DNA of 64,000 nt from Octopus vulgaris (GCA_951406725.2 OX597818.1:10416001-10480000); one strand, 5' to 3'; positions 26,760-39,937 are shown, numbered from the stretch's first letter. A program made the numbers and translations. The notes: a model not told the origin generated them from the sequence alone.

Positions 26760-27400
26760 TGCTAAGCAAACAGTACTTATTGTATACACATTTAAGCTAC
26801 GCAGGCAACATTCAAGTCATCGTACATTCGATTTCTCTTCTTCGTTTTGTATTACTTAATGTTGAGAACAATACTTCAGATTTATACATCGGTGAGGAAA
26901 TTTGGATGAATTCAATTCCAACAAGTTCGCAGTTTAAATGTTTATTCACAATTACTTGTACACGTTCACGTACAATTTCTTCTAAATCCACTTTAAGTGT
27001 AATGAATTTTTGCTTTCAAACAAGATTGGAAGACGACTAACTGCATTTCTAGATCCTTCAAGTCAACCACTCAAATGCATCTAATTTCAGATTCGTGCTT
27101 CATCAGGATACTTTGTAAATTGTATTGTTTTCTCTAAGTCTCTGAATTGCACAAATCTAGAAGAAACCTAGTCAGCAACAGCCCTTGTAATTTTTATAAA
27201 CAGTTTTGCGTGTTGTTCAAAATTCTTACAGATATTTCCTTCGAACAAAATGTCTTCCTCCTTGAGTAATACTTGAAACTTTTACTTTCTAAATCCCATT
27301 GAAACATGCCGAGTTTACTCTCAAATCTCTTAATCACTCCAAGTATTATGTCAATAGATTTCCCAAAACTTTGAATTTTAACATTGAGTTCATCTAATTA
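26760..27400 (-). mobile_element. hAT (Charlie/SPIN, GTF2IRD2-like) transposase remnant
   Basis: LDELNVKIQSFGKSIDIILGVIKRFESKLGMFQWDLESKSFKY and a downstream FSTLSNTK..RNRMYDDL..ACVA dimerisation-like segment. Confidence 0.7.
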
Positions 27401-28892
27401 AGAGTAGAGAAAAATGCTGACAAAGTTAATCTACATTTAAAGAAGGAAACAGAAAATAGGAGAGATGATCGGAATAGACAAGAAGAGAGTGAGTTTTGTG
27501 TTTGGAGTAAAATGGTGTTCAAACTGAATAATAAAAGTCACTTTTTATTAAAATACATTTAAATTGGAATTTTTAAGCGTTTACCATCATAACCACTTTG
27601 ATCAAGGGTTCTTAAACAGAGCAGTAGCACTCTCTAGGGGTGTTGTAAACTTACAAGGGAGGGCTATGGAGAGTACACATTTTCAGTAAAAATATGAGTT
27701 GAACATTGTGTTATAAGTGAGCAGGAACAACACTAATGATCCACTAAGATGCAATATAGTTTCGTTGTCTAAGTCCTTGCTTTCTTGACTAATTTTCATA
27801 AAGATTTAACATAGAAATACTAATCCACGCAAGTATGAAATAAAATGAGCAGACGAGTAGCATAGTAAGATAGAGTGTAGATAATAAACCTTTGCGTAAA
27901 GCTGAGTTTCACTGTACTTAAAAAATTAGCTTCTTTTTCCAAACCTTAGAGAGAGCATATGTAAAAGTTATTCGATGAAAACGAGTGTTGAGCTATAAAA
28001 AGTTGTAAACCACTAAAAGATTGATTCAAAAGGTTTTTAGAGTTTTTGGTTACATAAATACATATACTTACATTATGATCACTATGTATGTATGTATGTA
28101 TGTATGTATGTATGTATGTATGTATGTATGTATGTATGTATGTATGAATGTATGTATGTACAGACCAGCTATGTATGTATCTCTAGACTATGTATGTATG
28201 TATCTACAGACACACACATACACACACACACACACATAGACTCTTTTATCTATGTTGAAGGTTCTTTTCATCCAAATGATACCATAGACATGTACTCACG
28301 CCAATCCTCTTGAGCTGTATTTACAAATTAAGATTAATATATGTTGAAGATGGAAAGGCATCCTTTCATTTTTCTCTTAAAAAGCATAAAGATACGCTTT
28401 AGAAAGCTCTACACAGTAGGCCTTATCGAATAAAGCAAACAAAGAAAGTATGCAGAGAAAGACCTTTGTCTTCGAGAAAGGGATTCGCAGATCACCTGCA
28501 AGCAAGAACCGATTCAAAACACAAAATATCTTTCCACTTTCCCCAAATTACGACAACTAAAACTTTGAGTCCGGTCTCATCAAATTGATACAATGTAAGG
28601 TTTTCAGCATTACAACAATCTTTTTAAAAAGAACTTAACCATATATATATATATTAAAAAAACTTCAGATACACTCCCAGTGTACATATGCTTCACACAA
28701 CACAAAGAATATATATGAAGTGAGAGCAACAACAGACTGACTGCTTTACAGATATCTCCAAAATATTTTAGAAAACAATCACATAAAATGCACAAATGCG
28801 AAGACTAACTTTCCAACCAAAGGGAAAGGATCACGTGGATCACCTCGCCAAGCTGTCAACATACGTTATTATTAAGGATCATAGGGATAAGG

Positions 28893-29100
28893 AGACGAGC
28901 TAACAGAATCGTTAGCAACCCGAGCGAAATTCTGAGCGGTATTTCATCTGCCGCTACGTTTCTGAGTTCAAATTCCGCCGAAGTTGACTTTGCCTTTCAT
29001 CCTTTCGAGGATGATGACTTAAGTACCAGTGAAACACTGGGGTCGATGTAATCGAATATCACCCTCTCCCAAATTTCAGGCCTTGTGCCTATAGTAGAAA
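28893..29100 (+). mobile_element. SINE family A, old-tail copy
   Basis: Head, B box, central domain and ..CAAATTTCAGGCCTTGTGCC tail. Confidence 0.9.
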
Positions 29101-29938
29101 AGATGAAAGGCAAAGTCGACCTCGGCGGAATTTGAACTCAGAACGTAACAGCAGACGAAATACCTATTTCTTTACTACCCACAAGGGGTTAAACACAGAG
29201 AAGACAAACAAGGACAGACAGACGGATTAAGTCGATTATACCGACCCCAGTGCGTAACTGGTACTTATTTAATCGACCCCGAAAGGATGAAAGGCAGAGT
29301 CGACCTCGGCGAAATTTGAACTCAGAACGTAACAGTAGACGAAATACTTATTTCTTTATTACCCACAAGGGGCTAAACACAGAGGGGACAAACAAGGACA
29401 GACATGGGCATTAAGTCGATTACATCGACCCAGTGCGTAACTGGTACTTAATTTATCGACCCCGATGAAAGGCAAAGTCGACCTCGGCGGAATTTGAACT
29501 CAGAACGTAACAGCAGACGAAATACCTATTTCTTTACTACCCACAAGGGGTTAAACACAGAGGAGACAAACAAGGACAGACAGACGGATTAAGTCGATTA
29601 TACCGACCCCAGTGCGTAACTGGTACTTGTTTAATCGACCCCGAAAGGATGAAAGGCAGAGTCGACCTCGGCGGAATTTGAACTCAGAACGTAACAGTAG
29701 ACGAAATACTTATTTCTTTATTACCCACAAGGGGCTAAACACAGAGGGGACAAACAAGGACAGACATGGGTATTAAGTCGATTACATCGACCCCAGTGCG
29801 TAACTGGTACTTAATTTATCGACCCCGAAAGGATGAAAGGCAAAGTCGACCTCGGCGGAATTTGAACTCAGAACGTAGCAGCAGTTGAAATACCGCTAAG
29901 CATTTCGCCCGGCGTGCTAACGATTCAGCCAGCTCGCC
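29101..29938 (-). repeat. Tandem array of SINE A long-tail units (one head, four units of about 184 bp, one partial), alternating ABAB variants
   Basis: Junction GAAATA-NN-TATTTC starts at 29157, 29341, 29519 and 29703, and the head site is at 29887 (spacings 184, 178, 184, 184). Confidence 0.92.
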
Positions 29939-30238
29939 GGGATTAGGGCAATATTGCCATCAGCAAGTGGTAAAAGGGTATCGAAACAAGGCACCCAGCA
30001 GATTCACCCAACTTGACATTAACACAAGGCCAGTCATCACGGTGTTGACGCAATTTGGTCAGCTGATATAGAATTTTGATGCTTGTTAGCATTTGTCGTC
30101 TACGCGAAATGGTATTTCAGGAAGTTCACCACAGTTTACAGCGTTATGAACCACACTACCAGGTTAGATAGGTTGTGCTAATTAATCTGTGTGTTTGTGT
30201 ACACATATGTATATAAATATGAATGTATATATATATGG

Positions 30239-30270
<32 letters not shown>

Positions 30271-30275
30271 AATAA

Positions 30276-30319
<44 letters not shown>

Positions 30320-30334
30320 TACATTCATTACACT

Positions 30335-30552
30335 TTTACTTGTTTCAGTCATTTGACTGTGGCCTTGCTGGAGCACCGCCTTTAGTCAAGCAAATCGACC
30401 CCCATTCTTTGTAAGCTTAGTACTTATTTTATCTGTCACTTTTGCCGAACCGCTAAGTTACGGGGACGTAAACACACCAGCATCGGTTGGGGTGGGACAA
30501 ATACAGACACACAAACATATGCACACACACATATATATATATGTGAGTATAT

Positions 30553-30591
<39 letters not shown>

Positions 30592-30757
30592 TACGACGGG
30601 CTTCTTTCAGTTTCCGTCTACCAAATCCACTCACAAGGGTTTGGTCGGCCCGAGGCTATAGTAGAAGACACTTGCCCAAGGTGCCACGCAGTGGGACCGA
30701 GCCCGGCCCCATGTGGTTCGTAAGCAAGCTACCTACCACACAGCCACTCCTCCGCCT
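30335..30757 (-). mobile_element. SINE family B
   Basis: Full bipartite copy, reverse complement of 7530-7975. Confidence 0.88.
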
Positions 30758-31425
30758 ATATATATATATATATTTATTTATTTATTTATTTATTTATTTA
30801 TGGGTGTGTTTGTGTGCATTAAGATATTGATCTATACATATATATCAGATAAAGCAAAATCGAAGTAGACTGGTGGTGGTGAGCGTCACGATTACCACAA
30901 CATCCTCCATCGAATCTCTCCATCAGTATCACCAACATGATACCATCACATTTCAACTCCTATCCCATATCCGCCACCTTAGCACCGCCATCATAACCAT
31001 AATCATAATAACCTTCATCGACAGTATAGTCATCATCATCATCATCACCAGCAGCAGCAGCAGCAGTGGCAGCGATAGAGGCGACAGCATTATTTTCACC
31101 ACCACCATCTCCAATACCACCGGCATTATTACTAACAATGTCACCACCAAATACCCTCCGTCTAGCTATCTGTTTTGCTCAATTCTCTGTCTGTTTGTAT
31201 GCCTATCTCTCTATATATCGAATTATATCTAATGGAACAATACCTTCAATCTAATTAGTCCCTGGCGCAGCTTCGAACGAAACAAAATATTTTATTGTTT
31301 GTTTTTTTTTCTTTACTTTTCTTTTGCTAAATGTTTTCAATAAGATATATACACAAACACACACACACATATATGTATGTGTGTATATATACATTGTATA
31401 TATATACATATATATATATACATTA

Positions 31426-31522
<97 letters not shown>

Positions 31523-31882
31523 ATGTGTGTTGAGGGGGGCGCGCGCGTAAGTGTGTACATATATACATACATGCAAGCATACATACATACATACATACAT
31601 ACATACATACATACATACATACATACATACATACATTCATTCATTCATTCATTCATTCATTCATACATACGTATATGGTGGATAGGAAGGCCACTAATGC
31701 GTATGTGATTTTCTTCATTCTCTGTTGATTTTCTGCGACCGTTAAGAATAGGAAATAATTATTTTATTCTGTATAAAGTCATTTTTCATTGGCTATTCTT
31801 TTCAAGTTAATATCTTTGTTTCGTAATGTTCTAAACTGCTCTCTCTTTCCTCCACCTTTCACACTTTTTCTTTTTCTCTTTA

Positions 31883-31920
<38 letters not shown>

Positions 31921-32354
31921 ATCTCTGTCTTTCCCTCTCACTTATAATCGAAATTAATTCTCTTTAAATATTTTTTTTTACTTTTTAATGTATTTAATAT
32001 TTATCTATTCTCTAAACATAGACTATTTCCAACATTCCGTTTTTTTATTTTATTTTTATTTTTATTTTTTATTTCTTATTTTTTTCATTGTGATGTGATT
32101 CTACAAGTAAATGAAAATACATGAAAGATTTTATGAAACTATTTTGCAGACAATATAATATTAGTTCTAGGCGGTGAACTGGCAGAATTTTACAGATTCT
32201 GCAAATTTTATAGATTTTGCAAGTATTTTTTCATAAACATTTTCGAATATTCTCGTATACCTCTGAACCATATCACACAAGAGAAAAAAATAAAAAAGAA
32301 AATTTTCAAAACAAAACGTATCGGTGACTATACCGAAGATAATTGATAAATAGT

Positions 32355-32540
32355 GGTTTCAAATTTTGGCACAGGGCTAGCAATTTCGGAGGGGAGGAGT
32401 GCTAAGTGGATTAGATCGACTCTAATGTTCAATTGGTACTTTTTTAATTGGCCCCGAGAGGATGAAAGGCAAAGTCGACCTCGGCGGAATTTGAACTCAG
32501 AACATAAAAACGGACGAAATATTGCTAAGCATTTCGACCG
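32355..32540 (-). mobile_element. SINE family A, old tail
   Basis: GATGAAAGGCAAAGTCGACCTCGGCGGAATTTGAACTC. Confidence 0.85.
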
Positions 32541-32781
32541 CCGCTGTATACTTGATACATATTAAAAATATTTAAAATAAAATGTTTGTAATTATGTTTA
32601 ACTGCTCCATAAGAAAAATCTAAGACAGTAGTACAGAACTTTAACGGAGATTCACCATTTCAAAAACTAACCTACGAAAAACTATGACATATTGGAGTCA
32701 CATTCATTCGAATGTCTATGGAATTAATGTGATTAAATATTGGTTTAATACGTTCCAATTTAAGTTACTAAGAATGTATTG

Positions 32782-33058
32782 TGGAGGCGCAATGGCCCAA
32801 TGGTTAGGGCAGCGGACTCGCGGTCGTAGGATCGCGGTTTCGATTCCCAAACTGGGCGTTGTGAGTGTTTATTGAGCGAAAAACACCTAAAGCCTTTGCC
32901 TTTCCCTTGGATAACATTGGTTGCGTGGAGAGGGGAGGCTTGTATGCGTGGGCGACTGCTGGTCTTCCATAAACAACCTTGCCCAGACTTGTACTTCGGA
33001 GGGTAACTTTCTAGGTGCAATCCCATGGTCATTCATAACCGAAGGGGGTCACAAAAAC
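32782..33058 (+). mobile_element. tRNA-Arg-like SINE with 12-bp TSD
   Basis: A box TGGCCCAATGG, B box GTTTCGATTCCC; TSD AAGAATGTATTG at 32770-32781 and 33059-33070. Confidence 0.88.
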
Positions 33059-33283
33059 AAGAATGTATTGAGAAAAACTTCATCAGTTGTGGACTAAGAT
33101 TCATATTACAAAACAGTTCTTTCATATTCGATGAATCAATGAGCCTGCAAATATCAAGAAATACAGGGAGCACTGCATTAGCCGCTACTTATGCCAATTT
33201 AATAATGGGTCTTCGTGAGAAGTAAATATTTGATGAATCTTTACAAATATTTGGAAATATTTTATACATACTATCTTTACCCT

Positions 33284-33488
33284 CTCTTTTACTTGTTTCA
33301 GTCATTTTAACTGCTGCCATGCTGGAGCACCGACTGTAGTCGAGCAAATCGACCCCAGGACTTATTCTTTGTAAGACTAGTACTTATTCTATCGGGCTCT
33401 TTTGCCGAACCGCTAAGTTACGGGGACGCAAACACACCAGCATCGGTTGTCAAGCGATGTGGGTGACAAACATAGACACACAAACACA

Positions 33489-33525
<37 letters not shown>

Positions 33526-33706
33526 GTGTGTGTATATATATACGACAGGCTTCTTTTAGTTTCCATCTACCAAATCCACTCACAATGCTTTGGTCGGCCC
33601 GGGGCTATAGTAGAAGACTCTTGCCCAAGGTGCCACGCAGTGGGACTGAACCCGGAACCATGTGGTTGGTAAGCAAGCTACTCGCCACACAGCCACTCCT
33701 GCGCCT
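33284..33706 (-). mobile_element. SINE family B
   Basis: Full copy inserted in the PLE RT remnant. Confidence 0.88.
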
Positions 33707-34487
33707 ATACATATAGAAGAAATAACTGAAAATGATATCTAGATTACTGTTTCAGTTTTGGTGGACAGGATAATCTTGATAAACTTATCGAATTTAAAAG
33801 TCTGATTATTAATATAACCCTTAATATTAAATTCACGACAGAATTCAACCTAAAGGAACAACCATTTTAGGAATTTTAATCATGAAAAGAGGTAGGCAGA
33901 GAGATTGATTCTCTTCACATCCTCTCAACTTACGCATACAAAAATGAAAATTCTATTCAACCCACCAAAAAGAACTTGCACAACAATATCGAATCTTACG
34001 AAATAAGATCAAAGAGTAGACGAATTGTAAAACATGCCTATTCAAAGAGCATTTCCACTAAGTCTGGTTTCAAATGGAACAGAAAGGGCAAAACATATAA
34101 ATTTTCAAAATCTAAGTAAAAGCTAAAACTGAGAAAAAAAAGTTTCACTACATGTATCGACATTTAACTCTAGAAATGCCAAAACATTTTACTATATTGA
34201 TAAAAACTTACTTATTTTATATCAAGCTTGGAAAATGAAAAGTTTTGGAAAAATCAATAAATCATGAAAAGCAAAGGACAGTCTAAAACATTGAATACAT
34301 AAATATTTGACAATCTCCGTAATAAAGTCTAGCATACTGCTGTCTGGGCAACTCTGAGGAAAGTTGCCAGCATGAGAGCTTACTCTCTTAACTGCCTTGT
34401 GGAGGGATATCACTGACCAGCATACAAATGTCCAGTCTCAACACTTGAATTTACCACTACTTGGTAAAACAGCACTACGCGACACTG

Positions 34488-34554
<67 letters not shown>

Positions 34555-34889
34555 GTGTGCGTGTGTGTGTGTGTCTCTGTGGTGTATCTGCATGCGGGTG
34601 TGCATGCGTGTGCATATGTATGTATATGTATGTATACATGCATGTATGTATTATTTTGATATTAACGAGGAATTAAAAGTCTCACGTACAGTTGTGATAT
34701 GATTGGGCTCTATATTGTATCACCTTTGTATACAAAATTTATCTTTTTGTTTCAAGTCACTTTTATAGAAACGGCAGCCAATTCCTTCTGAGAAGCTTCA
34801 ACCTGAAAGAAAACGAAACCTCCAAATTTAGAACGAACTTCAATTTCTTCTTTATAAACCCAATCCACTTTTGTGACAATATATACACT

Positions 34890-35340
34890 ACTTAAAAGAA
34901 AGACATCAAATTTCTAGATCTGAACTTAAATTTAGAATCTTACACCTATCAGCCCTTCTAGGCAGAAAATGAAGAAATATGATACATAAGTAAGTCCTTC
35001 AACAATGCCTAGGTTAAACCAAATCCTCATAAAGAACATACCTCTAAAACATTCTAATTTACCCCCTAACGAATCTAAAGTTGATGAAATTGATGCACCT
35101 TAGAATGTAGCATTACACAATAGCAGTTATAAAATCAAACTACGACACACTAATAACATAACATCAATATCTCAATGAGAACTACAAATAGAAGCAAATG
35201 ATTGCTTGGTTTAATTCACCGTTCAGCCAACAATTCCTACATCAATTACTGCTCTGTTACTCAAAATCCTACAAAAGTACGTCCCCTTTGACGACATCAC
35301 ATATTAATCCATAAGAACAACGTATAAAAACCATGTTCTA
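34890..35340 (+). mobile_element. Second Penelope-like RT/thumb remnant (different subfamily)
   Basis: KFLDLNLNLESYTYQPF*AENE..YISKS and IAWFNSPFS (cf. FLDVTLNL..YKPY.K.N..YI..SNHP and IIWFNPPFS). Confidence 0.65.
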
Positions 35341-35646
35341 ATAAAAATGAACAAATTTAGTTGAGTTTAACCTTAAAAACTATCTAAACAGCCTAAACCA
35401 CATATCAAAGTTAAACAACCGTAAATCCAACAGTATTTCATATAGCCTTTTAGGCAAAAACTGCCTTACTGGCAATGGCGAAAAAAATAAACACTATCTA
35501 CTTTGGCGCAATACACAGGAGTAACAACTTTGGCAGCGTCTTCAAGACAAGACAATGCCAAACATAGGTTTCATGACAATGTATCATCTTCTAACTAGGT
35601 AGGACCATTTAAGACAGTGCGCGCGAGAGAAGGGAGATAGCTTCTT

Positions 35647-35876
35647 ATTTATTTATTGCCCACAGGGGCTGAATATAGAGGGGACAAACAAGGACAGACA
35701 AAGGGATTAAGTCGATTACATCGACTCCAGTGCGTAACTGGTACTTAATTTATCGACCCCGAAAGGATGAAAAGCAAAGTCGACCTCGGAGGAATTTGAA
35801 CTCAGAACGTAACGGCAGACGAAATCCCGCTTAGCATTTCGCCCGACGTGTTAACGATTCTGCCAGCTCGCCGCCT
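35647..35876 (-). mobile_element. SINE family A, long (Tx1-like) tail, monomeric
   Basis: Head plus body plus TGTCTGTCCTTGTTTGTCCCCTCT..GCCCCTGTGGGCAATAAA tail, with no second body. Confidence 0.88.
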
Positions 35877-35891
35877 ATCTCGAGAGAAATA

Positions 35892-35955
<64 letters not shown>

Positions 35956-36609
35956 CTTGTGTATTCATGTGCGTCTTTTGTATCTTACTCAGAAAGGAAG
36001 AGAATGATCAAGAAAGGGAGGGAGAACATCTTCAAACCGGATACCTGGTTCGAATGCTTACCAAGGAGCGTACTCTACTAAGCGCACTCAGGCATTCGCT
36101 GGTGATGTTAAATCAGAAGACGATGTGCATATGTGTATGCACGTGTGCATGTGTATGTGTGCGCGTGTGTGTGTGTGTGTGCGTGCGGGCGGGCAGGCGG
36201 ACGGGCGTACGTATGTATGTGTGTGTTATTCTGTATTTACTAGGATTCTCGAGTCCTAAATTCTTGGCCGTATTATTCAAAAATGAATTGTAAAATGGTA
36301 GGACGGTCTTAAAGTGCTTGTGTGGTTCAAGAAGCTGTCTTTCATGCAATTTATAGATCGTTCACAAAGATATTTTCTCACAAATTAATACAATTCAAAT
36401 AGAAAGTCTTCTTTCCAAAAGAATTCAGCAACAGAAAATAAACTTCTTTATGGGAATCTTACCAAAGCTATTAAAAGAAACTGTCTCAAGTCAAGATGGG
36501 TGGCGTTAAACTATTTTGCAAAATAGACTGAAGATTGTGTTTGGTGGTTAACTGAAGGATTTTTAGTCGAATGAATTGATTCCAGTACTTTTTCCTTTGT
36601 ATATGTATA

Positions 36610-37003
36610 TGGCGGGCTTCTTTCTGTTTCCGTGTAGCATTCACTCATAAGACTTTGATTGGATAGAGGTTAGAGTAGAAAACACTTGCCAAAGGTGCAG
36701 TGCAGTGAGTGGGTCTGAACCCGGAACCATGTTGTTGGGAAGCAAGCTTCTTACTACACAGTCACACCTGCGTCTGTATTGTGATTTTTAGCCAAGCATG
36801 AGGCTGTGAACTGGCAGAATCGTTATCACGCCGGACAAAATGCTCAGTTGCATTTCGTCTGTCTTTACATTCTGAGTTCAAATTCAACCGAGGTCGACTT
36901 TAACTTTCATCCTCTCAGGGTCAATAAAATAAGCACCAGTTAAGCACTGGGGTCGATGTAATCTCCCGAAATTGCTGGTCTTGTGCCAATATTTGAAACC
37001 AAT
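36610..37003. mobile_element. SINE B 5' part (-, 36610-36773) and SINE A (+, 36803-37003)
   Basis: Family motifs. Confidence 0.8.
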
Positions 37004-37472
37004 ATTTTACAAAGCATTTCTGACATCAGCCTGTGTGTAAGTGTGTTAGCCTAAAGAAAAAAACTTTGTTTCCGTGCCTAAATTACCGCCAGAACATCGA
37101 GAATTTTCTGGGAAAAGCCTAGTCAGTCTCTTATACACCAAGTATGGGTAAATTCCGTTTATTGTAGCTGGAAGCTACATATATTTTCCGCTTCAAGTTA
37201 GAAAAGACAATTTTCATCACTCAACTTCTACATTGAAAAATTATTTTGTATCATGTATCAATCAATTGTAAATATTGTAAAGTAAATGCTAAGATTTTAT
37301 CACCAAAATATAATTGAATATAATTTCTTTTTTGCTTAAAAACTGACATGTCAATATCTTGTCGGTCAACATTTTGAATTCAACTCATCTTAATAGAACA
37401 CGCATTTAATAACAATAATTAAAATAGTTAATCTGAATTTTTCATGACTTCAATTGTTAAAAGCGATTTTTC

Positions 37473-38674
37473 TAGGGTGGGCTGAAAGGTTCATAGGCTG
37501 ACTACGAAGGAGTGATGCTAAAACTGTGAAATGTTGCATCCTTGAATTTCAATCCTTATTAATACAATATCTGCATTGTTTCTTTCTAAGTATTCTGACA
37601 TCTGACTGTTCAAAGAACACTTCAAAAGTAACTGGTAGCGACTTCTCTTAGAAAATGGAGTAAAAGGGTTTAGCCCAAGGACATTCATGCTGACATACTT
37701 GCTACATTAGGAGTTAACTCTCAAACTTTATCAGTAGTGTAAAAGTGGGAAGTGGAATTCTGAAGGGGAAGGGAGAGTCTTGAAGGTGACCCAAGGTCTG
37801 GATGTCCTAGAGCTGCCACCACCGAGTAACACATTGATCGTGTTCACCACGTGGTGGTGAATGACGGGTGATTCACAATGAATCAATTAACAATGCTGTT
37901 AACATCTCCCATGAGTTGAGAATATTTTTGCACAATGATCTTGGCATGACGAAGGTTTCTACTCGGGCTGCCATACCCTCTGACACCTGATCAGAAGCGC
38001 AACAAGCTCATCACAACACGGAAAAATCTGACATTCTTTGAGACAGATCCAGCTTATTTCCTTGAATTTTCCCTAACCCAGGATGAGTGTCGGGTTCATC
38101 ACTCGAGCCAGAGACAGTGACAATGCAGTGGAAACACCTCTCCTCACAAATCCAAAGAAGGTCAAGGTCATTTCATCTACAAGGAAGGCTTCAACTTTTT
38201 GGGGATCCAAAAAGCATGGTGTTTATTGACTATCTTCAAAATGGCCACACCATCAACGGAGAGTATTATGTCAACTTGCTGAGGCAGTAACAAAAGGCTA
38301 TCAATACCAAACGTCCAGGAAAACCGGCGAAGTTATATTTTTCATCAGGAAAATGCACCAGTACACAAGTCCCTCAGTTGAATGGCTGCTGTGTGTGACT
38401 GTGGTTTTGTAATGGTTGATCACCCTACTCTCCTGATTTGGTTCCATTTGACTATCCTCTGTACTTGGCTGAGAATCAGTGTCGCAGTGAGGATGACGTC
38501 ATATCTACTGTTGCTACCAGTTACTTTTGAAGTGTTCTTTGAAAAGATGTCGGTTTACCTGGAAAGAAACAATGCAGTTGTTAATAAGAAGAGTTGAAAT
38601 TAGTGCATGCAGTATTTATCAGCTGTAACATCACTCCTTTATAGTCAGCCTATGAACTTTTCAGCCCATCCACG
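37473..38674 (+). mobile_element. mariner (DD34D-type) transposon, decayed
   Basis: TIRs GG(G/A)TGGGCTGAAA(G/A)GTTCATAGGCTGACTA..AAGGAGTGATG; translation TQDE..MQWKH..IDYLQNGHTINGEYY..HQENAPVH..YSPDLVPFDY. Confidence 0.88.
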
Positions 38675-39399
38675 TACTTGAAAGCTATTACAGATAAATC
38701 TTTGATATAGTTTACATTTAAGGAAGATAATTATATCTCAGTACAATTTGAAATATATTTGTTTTGTGTAATAACTAAAAGAACTGATTTTTAAAAATCA
38801 GTGTTACTTTAGGTTATTATTCATCTATGCGTAGTCAAAGACAATTGAATATAAAAGCACGCTAATCTGGTAAAATTTCAAGAATGACCACCAATTTATG
38901 AAAGGACCTGCTGAAAATATAACTGAATCTTCTTAAATTCAACCTTGATATTGATAAAATATGTTGCCCTTCTCACTGATGTAGCAAGTTCGTGGTACAT
39001 TTTGCTAAAAAACAATTGTTTTATGCACATGTACTTCATTTGTCTGTTTCTAACATTATTTACGATAGAAAAAAATTTGAATCAAATTATGATGAAGCGA
39101 ATTTCACTAATGAACCTTTCATCGATGAAGACGACTTTGAAGGTAAATTCGATGATGATCATAAGGTAGATTCTGAATTTACAAATGTGATTACTAATTA
39201 TATTGATCTGCAGTAAACTGGACTTGGTGAAATAATTCCTATTTCACAAGACCTTTCCACTTAAGAAAATTTAGTCATTGGCAATATCATTAAAAATTGA
39301 GAACAATTGTCTGTTCATTTCGTTGATTTCCAACAGAAAATGAAATATTTCAGAAATATGTTAAAGAAGTGTAAGGTTATGAATGTCAATTAATCAATG

Positions 39400-39680
39400 G
39401 TACTAAGACATGAGGGAATAGTTTTGTGGAATCTTAGAACGATTCATGTTCCTTAAAAGCTGTATTGCAATAGCTACGATCGATAGAAAGCAACCTCTCG
39501 ACTTTGCAGCCAATGAATTTAACGCTATTCAAGCTGCTGTATTTGCATTGTGCCGATAAACACAATGGTCATCCAGGCGAAAGCTGAAATTTTCTATGAC
39601 GATTTTTAGCAAGAGGAAGGTACCAGTAAAGGAAGGTTTAAAAGATGCCAGCATTAAAATAACCTGTGAAGCTACAAGTG
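39400..39680 (+). mobile_element. Possible pogo/Tigger CENP-B-type HTH remnant
   Basis: IQAKAEIFYDDF..TSKGRFKR resembles IQAKA..FDD..ASKGWF..FK. Confidence 0.4.
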
Positions 39681-39937
39681 TTGATTATGGTTTCTCAATT
39701 TCTGGAATTTATCATTCCGAAAAAAATCGGGAGTCTAAAACAAAATAACAAACACCTGGTTCTCGAAAGTTTTCCCAGGAATAGATCCCAATTTCTCTTT
39801 TTCATTTTCAAACCCTTTTATTTAATGATTTCGAGTTTTAGGCATTAGAAAGCAAGAACCATGGACATGAACATTCATTTCTTTTAAAACATGTATATTT
39901 GTATAGAGAACTCTATACAAATATACTCTATACAGTT

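Larger units (their letters stand above)
32560..34260 (+). mobile_element. Decayed Penelope-like element RT, interrupted by two SINEs
   Basis: GINVIKYWF; LRFILQNSSFIFD..TALAATYANLIMG (cf. GTAMG..APTYANLFMG); *YLDYCF (cf. RYLDD); NIKFTTE..EQPF; HTKMKILFN..RTCTTIS. Confidence 0.75.

Noticed and set aside
29101-29938. CRISPR-like array
   Set aside because: The units are whole 184-bp SINE bodies with no unique spacers, in a eukaryotic context.
34344-34370. CTGAGGA as a hammerhead core
   Set aside because: It is the loop of a simple hairpin, with no stem II-GAAA-stem III arrangement.
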